Source of the DNA: Minisyncoccota bacterium
GTDB lineage: Bacteria > Patescibacteriota > Minisyncoccia > Phycocordibacterales > UBA918
Length of the DNA stretch: 64,000 nt
NCBI GenBank assembly: GCA_022841645.1
Contig: JALHRC010000005.1
Span: 2,804-66,803 of the forward strand
Direction: 5' to 3'
The translations under genes and the position numbers were made by a program. This document shows, one piece after another, positions 34,990 through 44,895 of the stretch; within the stretch, counting starts at the first letter, position 1, and each line of letters begins with the position of its first letter. Under the pieces are notes generated by a model. That model was not told the DNA's origin. It ran no database searches and worked only from the letters and a program-made list of their open reading frames with translations.

Positions 34990-35090
34990 ACCTTACAATA
35001 ATACAATACTTTAGACTAAAAGTATAGCAAACACGAGCAGAAAATTGGGGGGCATCCACTATTTCCCGTATTCTTGTGATGTAGTTTTTG

Positions 35091-35161
35091 CTGCCGGTCA
35101 GGGACTCGAACCCCAATAGCTGGTACCAGAAACCAGAGTCCTACCATTAGACGAACCGGCA
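35091..35161 (-). tRNA. tRNA-Gln (anticodon CUG)
   Basis: It folds as a cloverleaf with U1-A72, G73 discriminator, D-loop AATGGTA, anticodon loop UUCUGGU and TpsiC loop TTCGAGT. Confidence 0.8.
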
Positions 35162-35218
35162 ATGTCTTCTTATCAGCCCTCTTCTGGTCGCACTATAGTG
35201 CCAGAAAATGACAAAAAC

Positions 35219-35851
35219 TCAAGGCTTGAGGTGCGAACTGCGGCCGTGGGAAAGGAGGTGCCAGGTGCACTTCTCTTTTCCGTCTTCAGTGCTACAGCGC
35301 AAGTGCGTTACACCAGTATTCTTGTGCGTCAGGATACGCAAAAAGCGCCACGCGGCTTGCGGAAGCGGCATGCGCTTCTCCCGACTGCGGTACGCAACAA
35401 AAAAGTTAATGAGGACGGAGTGTGAGACCACAACTATTCGTGCGTCTTTCGGAAACGATTCTAGGTACTGCCGGGCCGCCAAAAGACGCTCTATAAACTG
35501 CACGTACGTCTCGCCATCGCCGTAGCTGGCGCCATAAAACCAACCTATGATGTACTTGAGCGTCTCGAGTCCCACAAAGCGCCGACCAATGATTTCGGTC
35601 GGGCGATGCAGTTCTTCAAACAGTACTTGTGTGTCGGGGATGAGCCCGGTCGCGTCCGCAATCGCCCGCGCCGTTTCTACCGCCCGAAGATTGGTACTAG
35701 TGATGAGGTGGGTCGGAGCAAAATCAACCACCACTGAAAGCAGCTGCTCGACCTGTACCTTTCCTATTTCATTAAGCTTCGTATTGGGGTGCTGGTGTCG
35801 CCGCGCCCGGTTGCCATCGGTTTGTCCGTGGCGGATCAAGAGTACGTCCAT
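35219..35851 (-). CDS. Histidine phosphatase family protein (phosphoglycerate-mutase-like)
   Basis: It carries the RHG catalytic motif (LLIRHGQTDGN) and a downstream His. Confidence 0.75.
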   Translation of the reverse strand: MDVLLIRHGQTDGNRARRHQHPNTKLNEIGKVQVEQLLSVVVDFAPTHLITSTNLRAVETARAIADATGLIPDTQVLFEELHRPTEIIGRRFVGLETLKYIIGWFYGASYGDGETYVQFIERLLAARQYLESFPKDARIVVVSHSVLINFFVAYRSREKRMPLPQAAWRFLRILTHKNTGVTHLRCSTEDGKEKCTWHLLSHGRSSHLKP

Positions 35852-35854
35852 AGC

Positions 35855-36901
35855 CTACTTGCCCTCCTTGGTTGTCACATCGATAATGGCGAGCTCAAAG
35901 GGCAGTGACGGTATGGGGGAACGAGCCAGCTGCTCGGAAGCGGTGAGAAAACGCAGGAGGAGGTGGGAATTAAGCGGTGAGGCGGCGCCACTTTTCGCGA
36001 GCGTGGTGAGCGACTCTCTCGCCGCCTCACCGAAGGGAGCAAGGATGTCCGCGGTGCTCCCCGGCATATGCCGAAGCAGCAGCACCGCGCGGACATGCTC
36101 GAGAAACAGCCGCATAAAAATATCCATACTCACATGGGTGGCGGTAGCGTCGGCGACAGCCGAGAGCGCCTCGGCAGTGTCTTTCTCGTGAAGGGCGCCA
36201 AGGAGGCGCAGGAGAAGGGCCACCCTGGGCGCACCGATGATGGCCGCTACTTCATCGGCACTTCCGATGGTGTCGCCAGAGGCGAGGATGACCTTCTGTG
36301 TGATTCCGAGCGCGTCGCGGAAGGAACCATCGGCCGCCACGGCAATCAAATCGGCCGCGTCGGGCGCAAGAGCGAAGCCTTCCTTGCGGGCCACTTCAGT
36401 TACTGTTTCTGCGAGAACCGCCCGACTGGGCGCCCGAAAGCGAAAGACCTGACAGCGCGAAGTAATGGTATCGAGGAGCTTGTCTTCTTCGGTGGTCGCT
36501 AAAATAAACACCACATGCGCGGGCGGTTCTTCGAGGGTCTTGAGGAGCGCATTGAACGCCTCTTTAGTGAGCATGTGCACCTCGTCGATGATGTACACCT
36601 TGTACTTTGATTCGTACGGCACAGTGTGGACCGCTTCGCGTAGTTCACGCACGTCGTCGATACCACGATTACTCGCGGCATCAATTTCGTAGAGATCGAG
36701 CTCGCTGGTACCCAGAGCGCGGGCAAATAGCCGGGCTGTACTGGTCTTCCCCGTACCACGCGAGCCACAGAAAAGGAGCGCGTGCGGAATCTCGCCCTTC
36801 TTGAGTGCTCCTTCAAGCACACGAATAATGTGCTCTTGGTCACGCACTTCGGCAAAGGTCTGCGGGCGGTATTTGCGGTAGAGGGCGGTGGCGGCGGTCA
36901 T
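35855..36901 (-). CDS. dnaX: DNA polymerase III subunit gamma/tau (short form, no tau extension)
   Basis: It has YRPQTFAEV, Walker A (GSRGTGKTS), DEVHML and SRCQ motifs. The start is chosen at [14 protein letters not shown]. Confidence 0.85.
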   Translation of the reverse strand: MTAATALYRKYRPQTFAEVRDQEHIIRVLEGALKKGEIPHALLFCGSRGTGKTSTARLFARALGTSELDLYEIDAASNRGIDDVRELREAVHTVPYESKYKVYIIDEVHMLTKEAFNALLKTLEEPPAHVVFILATTEEDKLLDTITSRCQVFRFRAPSRAVLAETVTEVARKEGFALAPDAADLIAVAADGSFRDALGITQKVILASGDTIGSADEVAAIIGAPRVALLLRLLGALHEKDTAEALSAVADATATHVSMDIFMRLFLEHVRAVLLLRHMPGSTADILAPFGEAARESLTTLAKSGAASPLNSHLLLRFLTASEQLARSPIPSLPFELAIIDVTTKEGK

Positions 36902-36923
36902 AACGCGGTCTAGTATACCAGGT

Positions 36924-37799
36924 TTATTCAAAACGAATGGACGTGGCCACAAATTCCCGTAGCGTCGCTGTGTCGGCTGCCAAATTCTCACTCCCCAGTA
37001 TCACGTAGCCAATCGGCCGCCGGCCGGCCCGGAAGGGTTCGTCGAAGAAGGCAAGAATGGTCCGGCCGGCGGCCTGCGTATACCCATGCTTGCCCCCGAG
37101 GTACGCTCCTTCGCTCGCCACCGGACTATTGTTTACCCAGCCTGTCTTTGCCCCAATATGCTGCGAGAGACTCGAGAGGCTCATAAGATACTTCTCTTCT
37201 TTAAACAGTCGTGTACCTAAAAGCGTGAGATCGTAAGCACTCGCTACATTGCGGTCACTGAGACCCGAGGCGTCCACAAACTGCGTCGCACCGGTGCCGG
37301 CAGAACTGGCGTAGGCGTTCATGGCAGCAATGAGCGCACCCTCCTCTGCACGCTCGAGGGCAGCGGCAGCGTCGTTCGATGACTCGAGGAGCAAGGGAAA
37401 TAAAAGTTCACGATAGCTGTACTGCTCGCCGGCCTCGAGCTTCCCTGCCCGCCCCTCGGCGGCTACATCAGCGGCCGTGACAACCGTCGTGGCTTCCAGG
37501 TCGACCAGTGAGCGGAGAGCGGCGGCAGCGGGCAGCTTGGTCACTGAGGCTATGGGGTACGGCGTCTCGATATCTGCCCCAGCGAGCAAGGCACCGGTGC
37601 TCGCGTCAAACACAGCAAATGCTCGCGCGGTCGAAAGAGCCGGCGGCGCGGCGTCAATATGAAAGACGGGTGTCGGCGACAGAGTACTCTCATAGTGCTC
37701 CGCTGCAACAATTGCCAGATACAAACTAAAAGCTACCGAACATAAAAAGATGAGCGATACCTTACCGACCAAAAACCAAAAAACGAAACGACGAACCAT
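36924..37799 (-). CDS. D-alanyl-D-alanine carboxypeptidase (peptidase S11, PBP5/6-like)
   Basis: It has SxxK (ASVTK), SxN (SSN) and KTG motifs and an N-terminal signal anchor. Confidence 0.75.
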   Translation of the reverse strand: MVRRFVFWFLVGKVSLIFLCSVAFSLYLAIVAAEHYESTLSPTPVFHIDAAPPALSTARAFAVFDASTGALLAGADIETPYPIASVTKLPAAAALRSLVDLEATTVVTAADVAAEGRAGKLEAGEQYSYRELLFPLLLESSNDAAAALERAEEGALIAAMNAYASSAGTGATQFVDASGLSDRNVASAYDLTLLGTRLFKEEKYLMSLSSLSQHIGAKTGWVNNSPVASEGAYLGGKHGYTQAAGRTILAFFDEPFRAGRRPIGYVILGSENLAADTATLREFVATSIRFE

Positions 37800-37830
37800 A
37801 ACAGTGACTCCCCCATACTAGCAACTCCCC

Positions 37831-37858
37831 GCCGTTTGGCGGGGAGTTGTGTCCACTG
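37831..37858. terminator. Perfect hairpin terminator (caactccccgcc-gttt-ggcggggagttg)
   Basis: A 12-bp GC-rich stem sits between convergent or tandem genes. Confidence 0.55.
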
Positions 37859-37872
37859 TCTAATGCCGGGGT

Positions 37873-38382
37873 CTATTTCTTGGTTACCTTCTTCGAGACA
37901 GCCTTCGCTGGAGCCTTCCTGGCGACTGCTTTGACTGCCGTCTTCACGGCGGCTTTTGCCTTAGCTTTCGCCTTAGGAGCTTCTGGCATCGCACGTTTGG
38001 CAGCGGCTACAGCGCCTACTGCATTTTTAGCGATTACTTTCCAACCATCCTTCATTTCCTTCTGAAACTTAGCGAGGTCAGTCTTGGAAATTTTCTTAAT
38101 TTCGGCATGTGCCTTGCCTACCTTATCGATAAGATCTTTGTATTCCTGCTCGCTCATCGTCTTGGCTTTCTCAAGGCCCTTTACCACTTCTTTCTTGGCA
38201 TCCTCTACCCACCCAGCAACGGTCTTGCGATTTTGCTTGGCATTCTTACTGCCGTAAAGAAAGTAGGCTCCGGCAGCGGCTACCGCCGCTGCGGTAAGTC
38301 CTGCCCCCACACCCACCTTTGCACCCGTACTTATCTTTGCTTTCTTATCGACCGCAGCTGACTGTTTTTTTGGTGTTGCCAT
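37873..38382 (-). CDS. Membrane-anchored Lys/Ala-rich (histone H1-like tail) protein
   Basis: A TM helix is followed by a coiled region and a C-terminal KAKAKAAVKTAVKAVARKAPAKAVSKK tail. Confidence 0.5.
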   Translation of the reverse strand: MATPKKQSAAVDKKAKISTGAKVGVGAGLTAAAVAAAGAYFLYGSKNAKQNRKTVAGWVEDAKKEVVKGLEKAKTMSEQEYKDLIDKVGKAHAEIKKISKTDLAKFQKEMKDGWKVIAKNAVGAVAAAKRAMPEAPKAKAKAKAAVKTAVKAVARKAPAKAVSKKVTKK

Positions 38383-38403
38383 AGGAATGATAGTTAGAAG
38401 TTT

Positions 38404-38700
38404 TTATTCGTCATCTTGTGTGTCCACAGACTCGGCCGCCTTGCCCTTGCGAGAACGCGCGCGTGGTGAGGCGCCGAAGAGACCTAAGATGCGGGCCACG
38501 CCGCCGCGCATGAAATTGCGCACAAAAGCGACATCATCGGCAATCACCTCACTACCCTCTTCGATACGTTCAACGATACGTCGCAGCGAACGGACGATCT
38601 TGTACGCGTGGTACAAGATAAAGCATACGAACACACAAAACAGAACGGTCGCCACACTAGCAATAACAAAGAATATATTGGCGTGCAGTATTTCGTTCAT
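38404..38700 (-). CDS. Hypothetical membrane protein (98 aa)
   Basis: It has one TM helix and a basic C-terminus. Confidence 0.4.
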   Translation of the reverse strand: MNEILHANIFFVIASVATVLFCVFVCFILYHAYKIVRSLRRIVERIEEGSEVIADDVAFVRNFMRGGVARILGLFGASPRARSRKGKAAESVDTQDDE

Positions 38701-38839
38701 TACTTCTAGTGTACCAGTGAATCGCTAAAGCACGAAAGCCTATACACAAACGTGATCAAAAATGAGAGGTCGGTGAGGAAAGTAAAGTGAGTAATGCATA
38801 AGGGCGCTGGCTTCGCCAGCGCCCTACTTCCTCTCCATC

Positions 38840-39451
38840 TCACGAATCCTCCACCCAAGCCCGCAATTTAGCGAGCTTTTTTGGTGCAAGAATTGCGTGA
38901 CCACTGCGATGTCGATCAAACATGACCTGGTAGATTTCCGCAGGTGTTGCGAGGACAGTGAGTGGTACGCCCACGTCGGCAAACCGCTTTTTTGCTTCGG
39001 CCGGCCGGTGAGCAACCAAACACAACGCTTCAGTAACTACCGCCCCCGCCCGACGCAACGTCTCGATCGCCCCGATCAGCGATCCACCTGTTGTCACGGC
39101 ATCTTCGATGACCACCATCCGCCGACCCCTGACCGGCCCTCCTTCGATCAACTTGCGCAAGCCATGCGATTTTGCTTCGCCACGAACGGCAAAGTGAGCT
39201 CGCTTGGTAAGCAGCGCAACCGCGGGAGAGAACATGACGCCACCCAAAGCCACTCCGGCTAGAGCATATTTATCCAGTTCGGATAGGTATTCAGCAATGG
39301 CTACAGCAGCAGCCGGAAAACACCGTTCGTCACCGCACACCTTACGACAATCAACATACACCGAGAGAAGACGACCTGACTTGCCTCTGGTCGGTCTACT
39401 GCGGACCTTCACTGCACCAGCTATCACCACTATTTCTGCTATGGTAGGCAT
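38840..39451 (-). CDS. Phosphoribosyltransferase (orotate PRTase-like)
   Basis: It has a PRPP-binding motif (MVVIEDAVTTGGS). Confidence 0.7.
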   Translation of the reverse strand: MPTIAEIVVIAGAVKVRSRPTRGKSGRLLSVYVDCRKVCGDERCFPAAAVAIAEYLSELDKYALAGVALGGVMFSPAVALLTKRAHFAVRGEAKSHGLRKLIEGGPVRGRRMVVIEDAVTTGGSLIGAIETLRRAGAVVTEALCLVAHRPAEAKKRFADVGVPLTVLATPAEIYQVMFDRHRSGHAILAPKKLAKLRAWVEDS

Positions 39452-39524
39452 TTTGTTTTTCTCCCCAACCGCGTCTCTAAAAAACTACTCTAGCGCATTG
39501 CACAAAAAACACAATCAGGCTGAT

Positions 39525-40640
39525 TTACTGACCCGTCAGAAATGCGTGGACAACGGCTTCGACGTCGGCGGGAGTTTCGGTGGCCATAAGTGCGCTGCGC
39601 AGTTCGGCAGCACCAGGGAAACCACCCACGTACGCTTTGTAGTGCTTCTTCATGGTGGCAAAGTTTTTAAAAGGCAGAAGTTCGCAAAATAGTCTCGTGT
39701 GTTCGCACAGTACCAAGAGGCGTTCGCGTAGCGTCACGTACTCTACACCCGCTTCACTGGTGTCGTGTTCCATTATTGTGTCGCGATTGACGCCATGGGT
39801 CGGCAGCGCCGTAAGGCGCGTGGGTAAACGACGCGTTGGATGAAAAAACCACGGGTTCCCAAACATTGCGCGGCCTACCATCGCACCGTCGGCACCGGAA
39901 AGCTGCGCTTTCCGGTGCCCGTCCTCAAGCGAAAGCACATCCCCATTCCCGATAATTAGCGTATTTACGCCAAGGCTATTGCGGATCTCGACCGCGCGCG
40001 CCACCCGCTCCCAGCGCGCCGGTACCTTGCTCATCTCCTTGCGCGTACGGGCGTGAATGGTGAGGGCGGCCGGTGCAGAGGCCAAGAGGTGCGGAATCCA
40101 TTCTTCAAGTTGATCTTGATTGTAGCCAATACGCGTTTTGACCGAGACCGGAATGCCATCTACCTCCCCCATGCGGGCGCCGCGTTTGGCGGCTGCAATA
40201 ATGTCACTCGCTACCCGCGGTGTTTTAATCATCGCTGCCCCGCACCCCTGCTTTTCAATCGAAGCGTCCGGGCAGCCCATGTTGATATCGACACCATCAA
40301 AACCCAGCTCACGACACAGTGCCGCTGCGTATTCCATATGACCCACATCACTCGAGAAAAGCTGTGCCACAATCGGCCGCTCTTCATTGGTATAGATAAG
40401 GTCAGCCAGCAGTTTTTTCTTCCCCTCCGGGGTAGCGCGCACGAGGCCATCGGCCGAGACAAACTCGGTCCACATGACGTCGGGTCCTCCCACAGTGCCG
40501 TCAGTACGCTCGTGCGCGCTGTATTTGGCAATCAACCGCCGAAACGGCGCGTCGGTGACGTCAGCCATCGGCGCCACAACGACAAAGGGTTTTGGTAGCT
40601 TTTCCCAAAAATTCATAGGGGTACTGTACGGTGAATGCAA
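39525..40640 (-). CDS. dus: tRNA-dihydrouridine synthase
   Basis: It has the Dus TIM-barrel motifs (VVAPMADVTD, catalytic Cys in INMGCP, K..R). Confidence 0.85.
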   Translation of the reverse strand: MHSPYSTPMNFWEKLPKPFVVVAPMADVTDAPFRRLIAKYSAHERTDGTVGGPDVMWTEFVSADGLVRATPEGKKKLLADLIYTNEERPIVAQLFSSDVGHMEYAAALCRELGFDGVDINMGCPDASIEKQGCGAAMIKTPRVASDIIAAAKRGARMGEVDGIPVSVKTRIGYNQDQLEEWIPHLLASAPAALTIHARTRKEMSKVPARWERVARAVEIRNSLGVNTLIIGNGDVLSLEDGHRKAQLSGADGAMVGRAMFGNPWFFHPTRRLPTRLTALPTHGVNRDTIMEHDTSEAGVEYVTLRERLLVLCEHTRLFCELLPFKNFATMKKHYKAYVGGFPGAAELRSALMATETPADVEAVVHAFLTGQ

Positions 40641-40757
40641 TAAAAAGCAAGTATTTAAAGGTCTTTCCGGGTAAAAGTGTTTGACTTATAGTAAAAAACT
40701 GTTATTATACTTTTGCAACAACATCGTTGCAGCCCGCAGGATGTCAGGAGACACGAG

Positions 40758-41150
40758 ATGGGTGCTTTGTCACATGAACTGCTCGACCGAGGGTTTTTCT
40801 CCGCTCTCGGCACAACTGAGCGCGCAAGTTTCCCGAACGGGGGATACCTGGTGGAGCACAAGGGGCCCTACACCTGGGACACCAACAACGGGGTTCTGGT
40901 CGTTTACGATGAGGAGGGGCGACCGTGGCTGAGGCGCACCATGACCAGTGAGGGACAGCCTTTCGTCGAGTCGGATGCGTGGCGAAAAATCTGCTCGTGC
41001 GTTCTCGTCGACAGCGCCTGGAGCAGGAACACCAAACCGGAACTGACTCGGGGTGCCTACGTTCCCCACTCGAATGATGGCGGCCTGTTCCTGAAGGCCC
41101 TCGAGTTACTCTTCCAGGCAGGCAAGCGGGAGCTCATGATCAACCGCTGA
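40758..41150 (+). CDS. Hypothetical protein (130 aa)
   Basis: An SD (AGGAGA) precedes the ATG. A GC hairpin plus T-run terminator follows at about 41167-41215. Confidence 0.45.
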   Translation: MGALSHELLDRGFFSALGTTERASFPNGGYLVEHKGPYTWDTNNGVLVVYDEEGRPWLRRTMTSEGQPFVESDAWRKICSCVLVDSAWSRNTKPELTRGAYVPHSNDGGLFLKALELLFQAGKRELMINR

Positions 41151-41212
41151 TAGACCCCCAACAGATGCCGCAGCCGCCCCCGGCATTTCTAAGTGGGCGG
41201 CATTTTCGTTTT

Positions 41213-42193
41213 TTAATTTTCCTCCGTACTAAAAATCGCCGTAGCAGCTTGTAGCTCATTAGTGAGGGCAACATCTTCATCCACCGGTATTGTCGCCATC
41301 ATCTCGTTGGTAGTGCTCGCTGTACTGGAGGCAGCCAAGAGTGAGACGTCCACCTCACTTACATACACTTTATTACCAAAACGTAGGTCGATGTAGTGAA
41401 AGTCACTTTCGCGCAGGTGCGTGAATTCTTTAGCAGCTAAAATGGTATGGAGATTGTCAGCGACCTGCTTGGCTGGATCCTTAAGCGTCACCCGCAGCTC
41501 GCCGCCGGTCGTAAGACGATAGTACACGTCTCCCACCGCATCGACCTCCACCGCCGCCACATATAATTCATCTTCAGCTAACAGCTCGACAAACGTAATG
41601 GTATTCCAAAACTCATCAAGCGACAGCACCACTTGACCTAGCTCGGGCGCGGCCGCAGCACTGCGATAACGGACAAAGCTTCCCCCTTTTAGCTGCGGCG
41701 CTGGGGCAAAGGCATACCCTTCGTCATTTATAAATAGACAGCTACCGTCACTCTGGATTTCCGCCTCAATACACCACAGCGCAAACGGACGATGCTCATT
41801 GTAGCTAATATGGAGCTCGTTCTTTCCTCTGCGATCGATTACCACATCACGTATGCGCTCGACCTTCTCCACCTCAGCCAGCATGGCGGCCTGCGGATAA
41901 AAGAGAAAAAACCGTTTGGGGATGAGGGCGCTGTAGGTACCCTCAAGCACCGTCTCTGCACGCATCTCCACTTCGGAGGCATCAATGGTTTCGCCGCCAG
42001 AGGCAGTAACGCTTGTCAAAGTGAGTGACGGAAGGCGAGTGAGCTGATAGATCCCTGTAATCACTAACGCCAGCGAGGCAAGAACACCGACACCAATTAC
42101 TGTTTGCTTTATCAACACTCGCGCCGTTGGAGAGAGCTCAAAGCGCTTTTTTGGTGGTTTGGTAAGTGGGCCAAGGTTTTTTGGCATTGGCAC
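41213..42193 (-). CDS. Putative cell-division protein FtsQ/DivIB-like (POTRA-containing), membrane-anchored
   Basis: It has an N-terminal TM helix and a periplasmic POTRA-like domain. Assignment is weak. Confidence 0.4.
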   Translation of the reverse strand: MPMPKNLGPLTKPPKKRFELSPTARVLIKQTVIGVGVLASLALVITGIYQLTRLPSLTLTSVTASGGETIDASEVEMRAETVLEGTYSALIPKRFFLFYPQAAMLAEVEKVERIRDVVIDRRGKNELHISYNEHRPFALWCIEAEIQSDGSCLFINDEGYAFAPAPQLKGGSFVRYRSAAAAPELGQVVLSLDEFWNTITFVELLAEDELYVAAVEVDAVGDVYYRLTTGGELRVTLKDPAKQVADNLHTILAAKEFTHLRESDFHYIDLRFGNKVYVSEVDVSLLAASSTASTTNEMMATIPVDEDVALTNELQAATAIFSTEEN

Positions 42194-42300
42194 TAGCTTA
42201 CCACGCTAGAAGAAGGCTTTTAAGCGAGGGTTGGCGGCAATTCTTGCCCAGACTACATTCAGTACGATTGGTTTGTAGTTCGAGTTGCAGGCAGGACCAT

Positions 42301-42338
42301 GGCTAGTACCGTTATCATATATGATAACGGTACTAGCC
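42301..42338. terminator. Perfect 38-nt palindrome (ggctagtaccgttatcatat|atgataacggtactagcc) overlapping the serS stop codon
   Basis: A 19-bp loop-less stem may act as a terminator or a protein-binding site. Confidence 0.4.
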
Positions 42339-43592
42339 AATATGAGCTTTTCCTAAATACTTCTGGAGTGCCTCCGGCACCTTGATAGTGCCATCAGCCT
42401 GCTGGAAATTCTCCACGAGTGAGACAAGGATGCGCGGCGTGGGAATGGCGGTGCAGTTAAGCGAGTGGGCGTAACGCATCTTCCCTTCCTTATCGCGATA
42501 GCGAATGTTGAAACGGCGGGTCTGAAAATCGTGGAAGTACGAGGCAGAGCTGATCTCGCGATATTTCTGCTCGTCTGGCACCCACAGTTCGATGTCATAT
42601 TTCTTCACTTGCCCCTGACCGATGTCACCACCACAATTTAAGACCGTGCGGTACGGGATACCGAGTGATTCGATAAACTCTTCGGTATTACGATTGATCG
42701 TCTCGTGCCACTGCACACTCTCCTCGTGCGAGGCTTCGCAGAGCACGACTTGCTCTACCTTGAAAAATTCATGGACACGGATAAGCCCTTTGACGTCTTT
42801 GCCGTGGCTCCCCGCCTCACGCCGGTAGCAGGGTGAGAAGGCCAGGAATTTAATCGGAAACTGCGCGTGGTCGAGTACCTCGTCGGCAAAGTAGCCCATG
42901 GTAGAGACTTCGCTCGTGCCAATCAGGTAGTCGTCGTCTTGCGTGCGGTAGACGTCGTCGGCATCATTGGGGAGATGTCCCGTGCCATAGAGATTGCTCT
43001 TGCGCACAATCGACGGCACCAGGAGTGGATCAAAACCTTTCGTCTGAAAAAACTCATTGGCGTAATTCCAAATAGCCCAGGAGAGACGCGCTCCGTCACC
43101 AAGGAGGTAGTAGCCGCGGAAGCCGTGTACTTTCGTACCGCGTTCAAAGTCCACCATCTTATGTCGGACCATCAGTTCGGTGTGATCGAGGGGCGTGAAG
43201 GAAAATTGTGTCTGCTCACCCCAATTTTTCACCTCCACGTTATCGGCGTCGCTGTCGCCATCAGGGACCGACATGTCGGGGATGTTCGGCACCTGGAGCA
43301 TGAGCGCCTGCCACTCCTCCATAATTGGTTTGACCTTTTCTTCCTCGGCTTGGATGTCGGCTTTGAGGGTTTGCATCTGTGTGATCAACTCCTCACGCCG
43401 CGCGCTGTCGGCCTGCGCGATTTCTTCAGAGACTTTATTTTGCTCGGCCTTCTTGCCCTCAACGGCACTTAAAAGCGCGCGGCGCTCATCATCGATAGAA
43501 AGCAGCCGATCAATATCGACCTTGATCTTTTTCTTCCGTGCCGCCTCCTTCACAAGATCAGCATTCTCCCTGATGAATTTAATATCGAGCAT
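42333..43592 (-). CDS. serS: Seryl-tRNA synthetase
   Basis: It has an N-terminal coiled-coil tRNA-binding arm and class II motifs 1-3 (e.g. GTSEVS, FRRE..GS..GL..HEF, GG). Confidence 0.9.
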   Translation of the reverse strand: MLDIKFIRENADLVKEAARKKKIKVDIDRLLSIDDERRALLSAVEGKKAEQNKVSEEIAQADSARREELITQMQTLKADIQAEEEKVKPIMEEWQALMLQVPNIPDMSVPDGDSDADNVEVKNWGEQTQFSFTPLDHTELMVRHKMVDFERGTKVHGFRGYYLLGDGARLSWAIWNYANEFFQTKGFDPLLVPSIVRKSNLYGTGHLPNDADDVYRTQDDDYLIGTSEVSTMGYFADEVLDHAQFPIKFLAFSPCYRREAGSHGKDVKGLIRVHEFFKVEQVVLCEASHEESVQWHETINRNTEEFIESLGIPYRTVLNCGGDIGQGQVKKYDIELWVPDEQKYREISSASYFHDFQTRRFNIRYRDKEGKMRYAHSLNCTAIPTPRILVSLVENFQQADGTIKVPEALQKYLGKAHIG

Positions 43593-43599
43593 ACGCGGC

Positions 43600-43955
43600 T
43601 ATATATAAAAGTGTATGCGAAAGATTATACATGAAAAAAGAAAAAAGCCGGGTCGAGGGATGCGCTGCGGCAAACCCCCTTCCCGGCCTGCCAGCGAATT
43701 TCACGCCGACATTTTTACCATTTGACCGGCTAGCTTTTCTGGCCGCCGGAACTCTACTATGTAGTAATTTGCTTTGACTCTCTACCCGAGCTTACCACCC
43801 CGTCGGGCGGCGTCTGGCTGCTACAGGTCGGGTGAGGGCGCAACTCCCCTTCTTGCACGCCCGTGAAGTGCCGCTTTAGTAAGCAAGCCACCTTCCGGGA
43901 CTTGTCGTAGCCGCTGCAGCGACTAGTGAGGACGACGGTCCAGAATGATCACCTC
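43600..43955 (-). promoter_or_regulatory. Structured about 330-nt leader upstream of serS with its own promoter and an attenuator-like terminator; T-box riboswitch candidate
   Basis: On the minus strand a promoter TTGACT-N16-tgTATAAT sits at about 43958-43990. The GC-rich hairpin-dense RNA has a GGAA tetraloop, a specifier-like AAAGCG (AGC is a Ser codon), and a T-box-like AAAUUCGCUGGCAGGCCGGG whose UGGC would pair with the tRNA-Ser GCCA end. A GCCGGG/CCCGGC stem plus UUUUUUCUUUUUU lies 45 nt before the serS ATG. No ORF is present. Confidence 0.3.
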
Positions 43956-44016
43956 ACATCCTTATTATACACAATCAACTACAAAAGTCAATAGGCAGAG
44001 TGCTACAATAAAATCA

Positions 44017-44889
44017 ATGGTGTTTGAGACCATTACCAAGCTTCTTCCGAGCGAGTGGCCACCTGCCTTCGCCCCACTGTTTGAGACGCCCGAACCACCG
44101 AAAGAACTGTGGGCGCTTGGTACTTTGCCCCCGCCGGACCTCACCCTCCTTACCGTCGTTGGCTCCCGCAACTACACCACCTACGGCAAGCAGGTAATCG
44201 AGCACCTCATTGGTGGACTGCGTGGTTATCCGATTGGCATCATCTCGGGTCTCGCTCTCGGGGTCGACGGCCTCGCGCACGAGGCGGCACTAGCAAATGG
44301 CCTCTATACCCTGGCGGTACCGGGGAGTGGACTGGGTGAGGACGTGCTCTATCCAGCGAGTCACAAGAAGTTAGCGGGGAGGATAGTCGAACAGAGCGGC
44401 GGCCTCCTCTCGGAATATCCACCCACGGCCGCCGCCGCGCGGTGGACCTTCCCGGCGCGCAATCGCATTATGGCTGGCCTTGCGAAAGCCACCCTGCTTA
44501 TCGAGGCCAGCAGTAAGTCGGGTACCCTCATCACTGCTCGCATGGCCGTCGACTATAATCGCGAACTCCTCGTTGTCCCTGGCAATATCTTTTCCAAAAA
44601 CTCGTACGGGGTGCACCAATTTATAAAACTCGGCGCCACGCCAGTCACTTCCGCCGAGGACATTCTCTACGCCCTTGGCCTTACCCCCGAAGAGCGCCCG
44701 CCCGTCCCATTACGTACTCTCTCACCCGAAGAACAAAAGGTACTAGCGCTCCTTAACGAACCGCGCGACCGCGATGAACTGATTCGCCTCCTCGCCCTCC
44801 CTACTGCCGAAGCCACCACCCTCCTTATGATGATGGAAATAAATGGTCACATCGCCTGCGACATCAACACCTACCGCTCACTTCGCTGA
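44017..44889 (+). CDS. dprA: DNA processing protein DprA (Smf)
   Basis: It has the DprA Rossmann-like domain (VVGSRNYTTYG, IISGLALGVDG, VVPGNIFS) and a C-terminal winged helix. The start could instead be at 43945. Confidence 0.8.
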   Translation: MVFETITKLLPSEWPPAFAPLFETPEPPKELWALGTLPPPDLTLLTVVGSRNYTTYGKQVIEHLIGGLRGYPIGIISGLALGVDGLAHEAALANGLYTLAVPGSGLGEDVLYPASHKKLAGRIVEQSGGLLSEYPPTAAAARWTFPARNRIMAGLAKATLLIEASSKSGTLITARMAVDYNRELLVVPGNIFSKNSYGVHQFIKLGATPVTSAEDILYALGLTPEERPPVPLRTLSPEEQKVLALLNEPRDRDELIRLLALPTAEATTLLMMMEINGHIACDINTYRSLR

Positions 44890-44895
44890 GCCGCA

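Noticed and set aside
42867-43472. A 201-aa plus-strand ORF
   Set aside because: It lies entirely antisense within serS.
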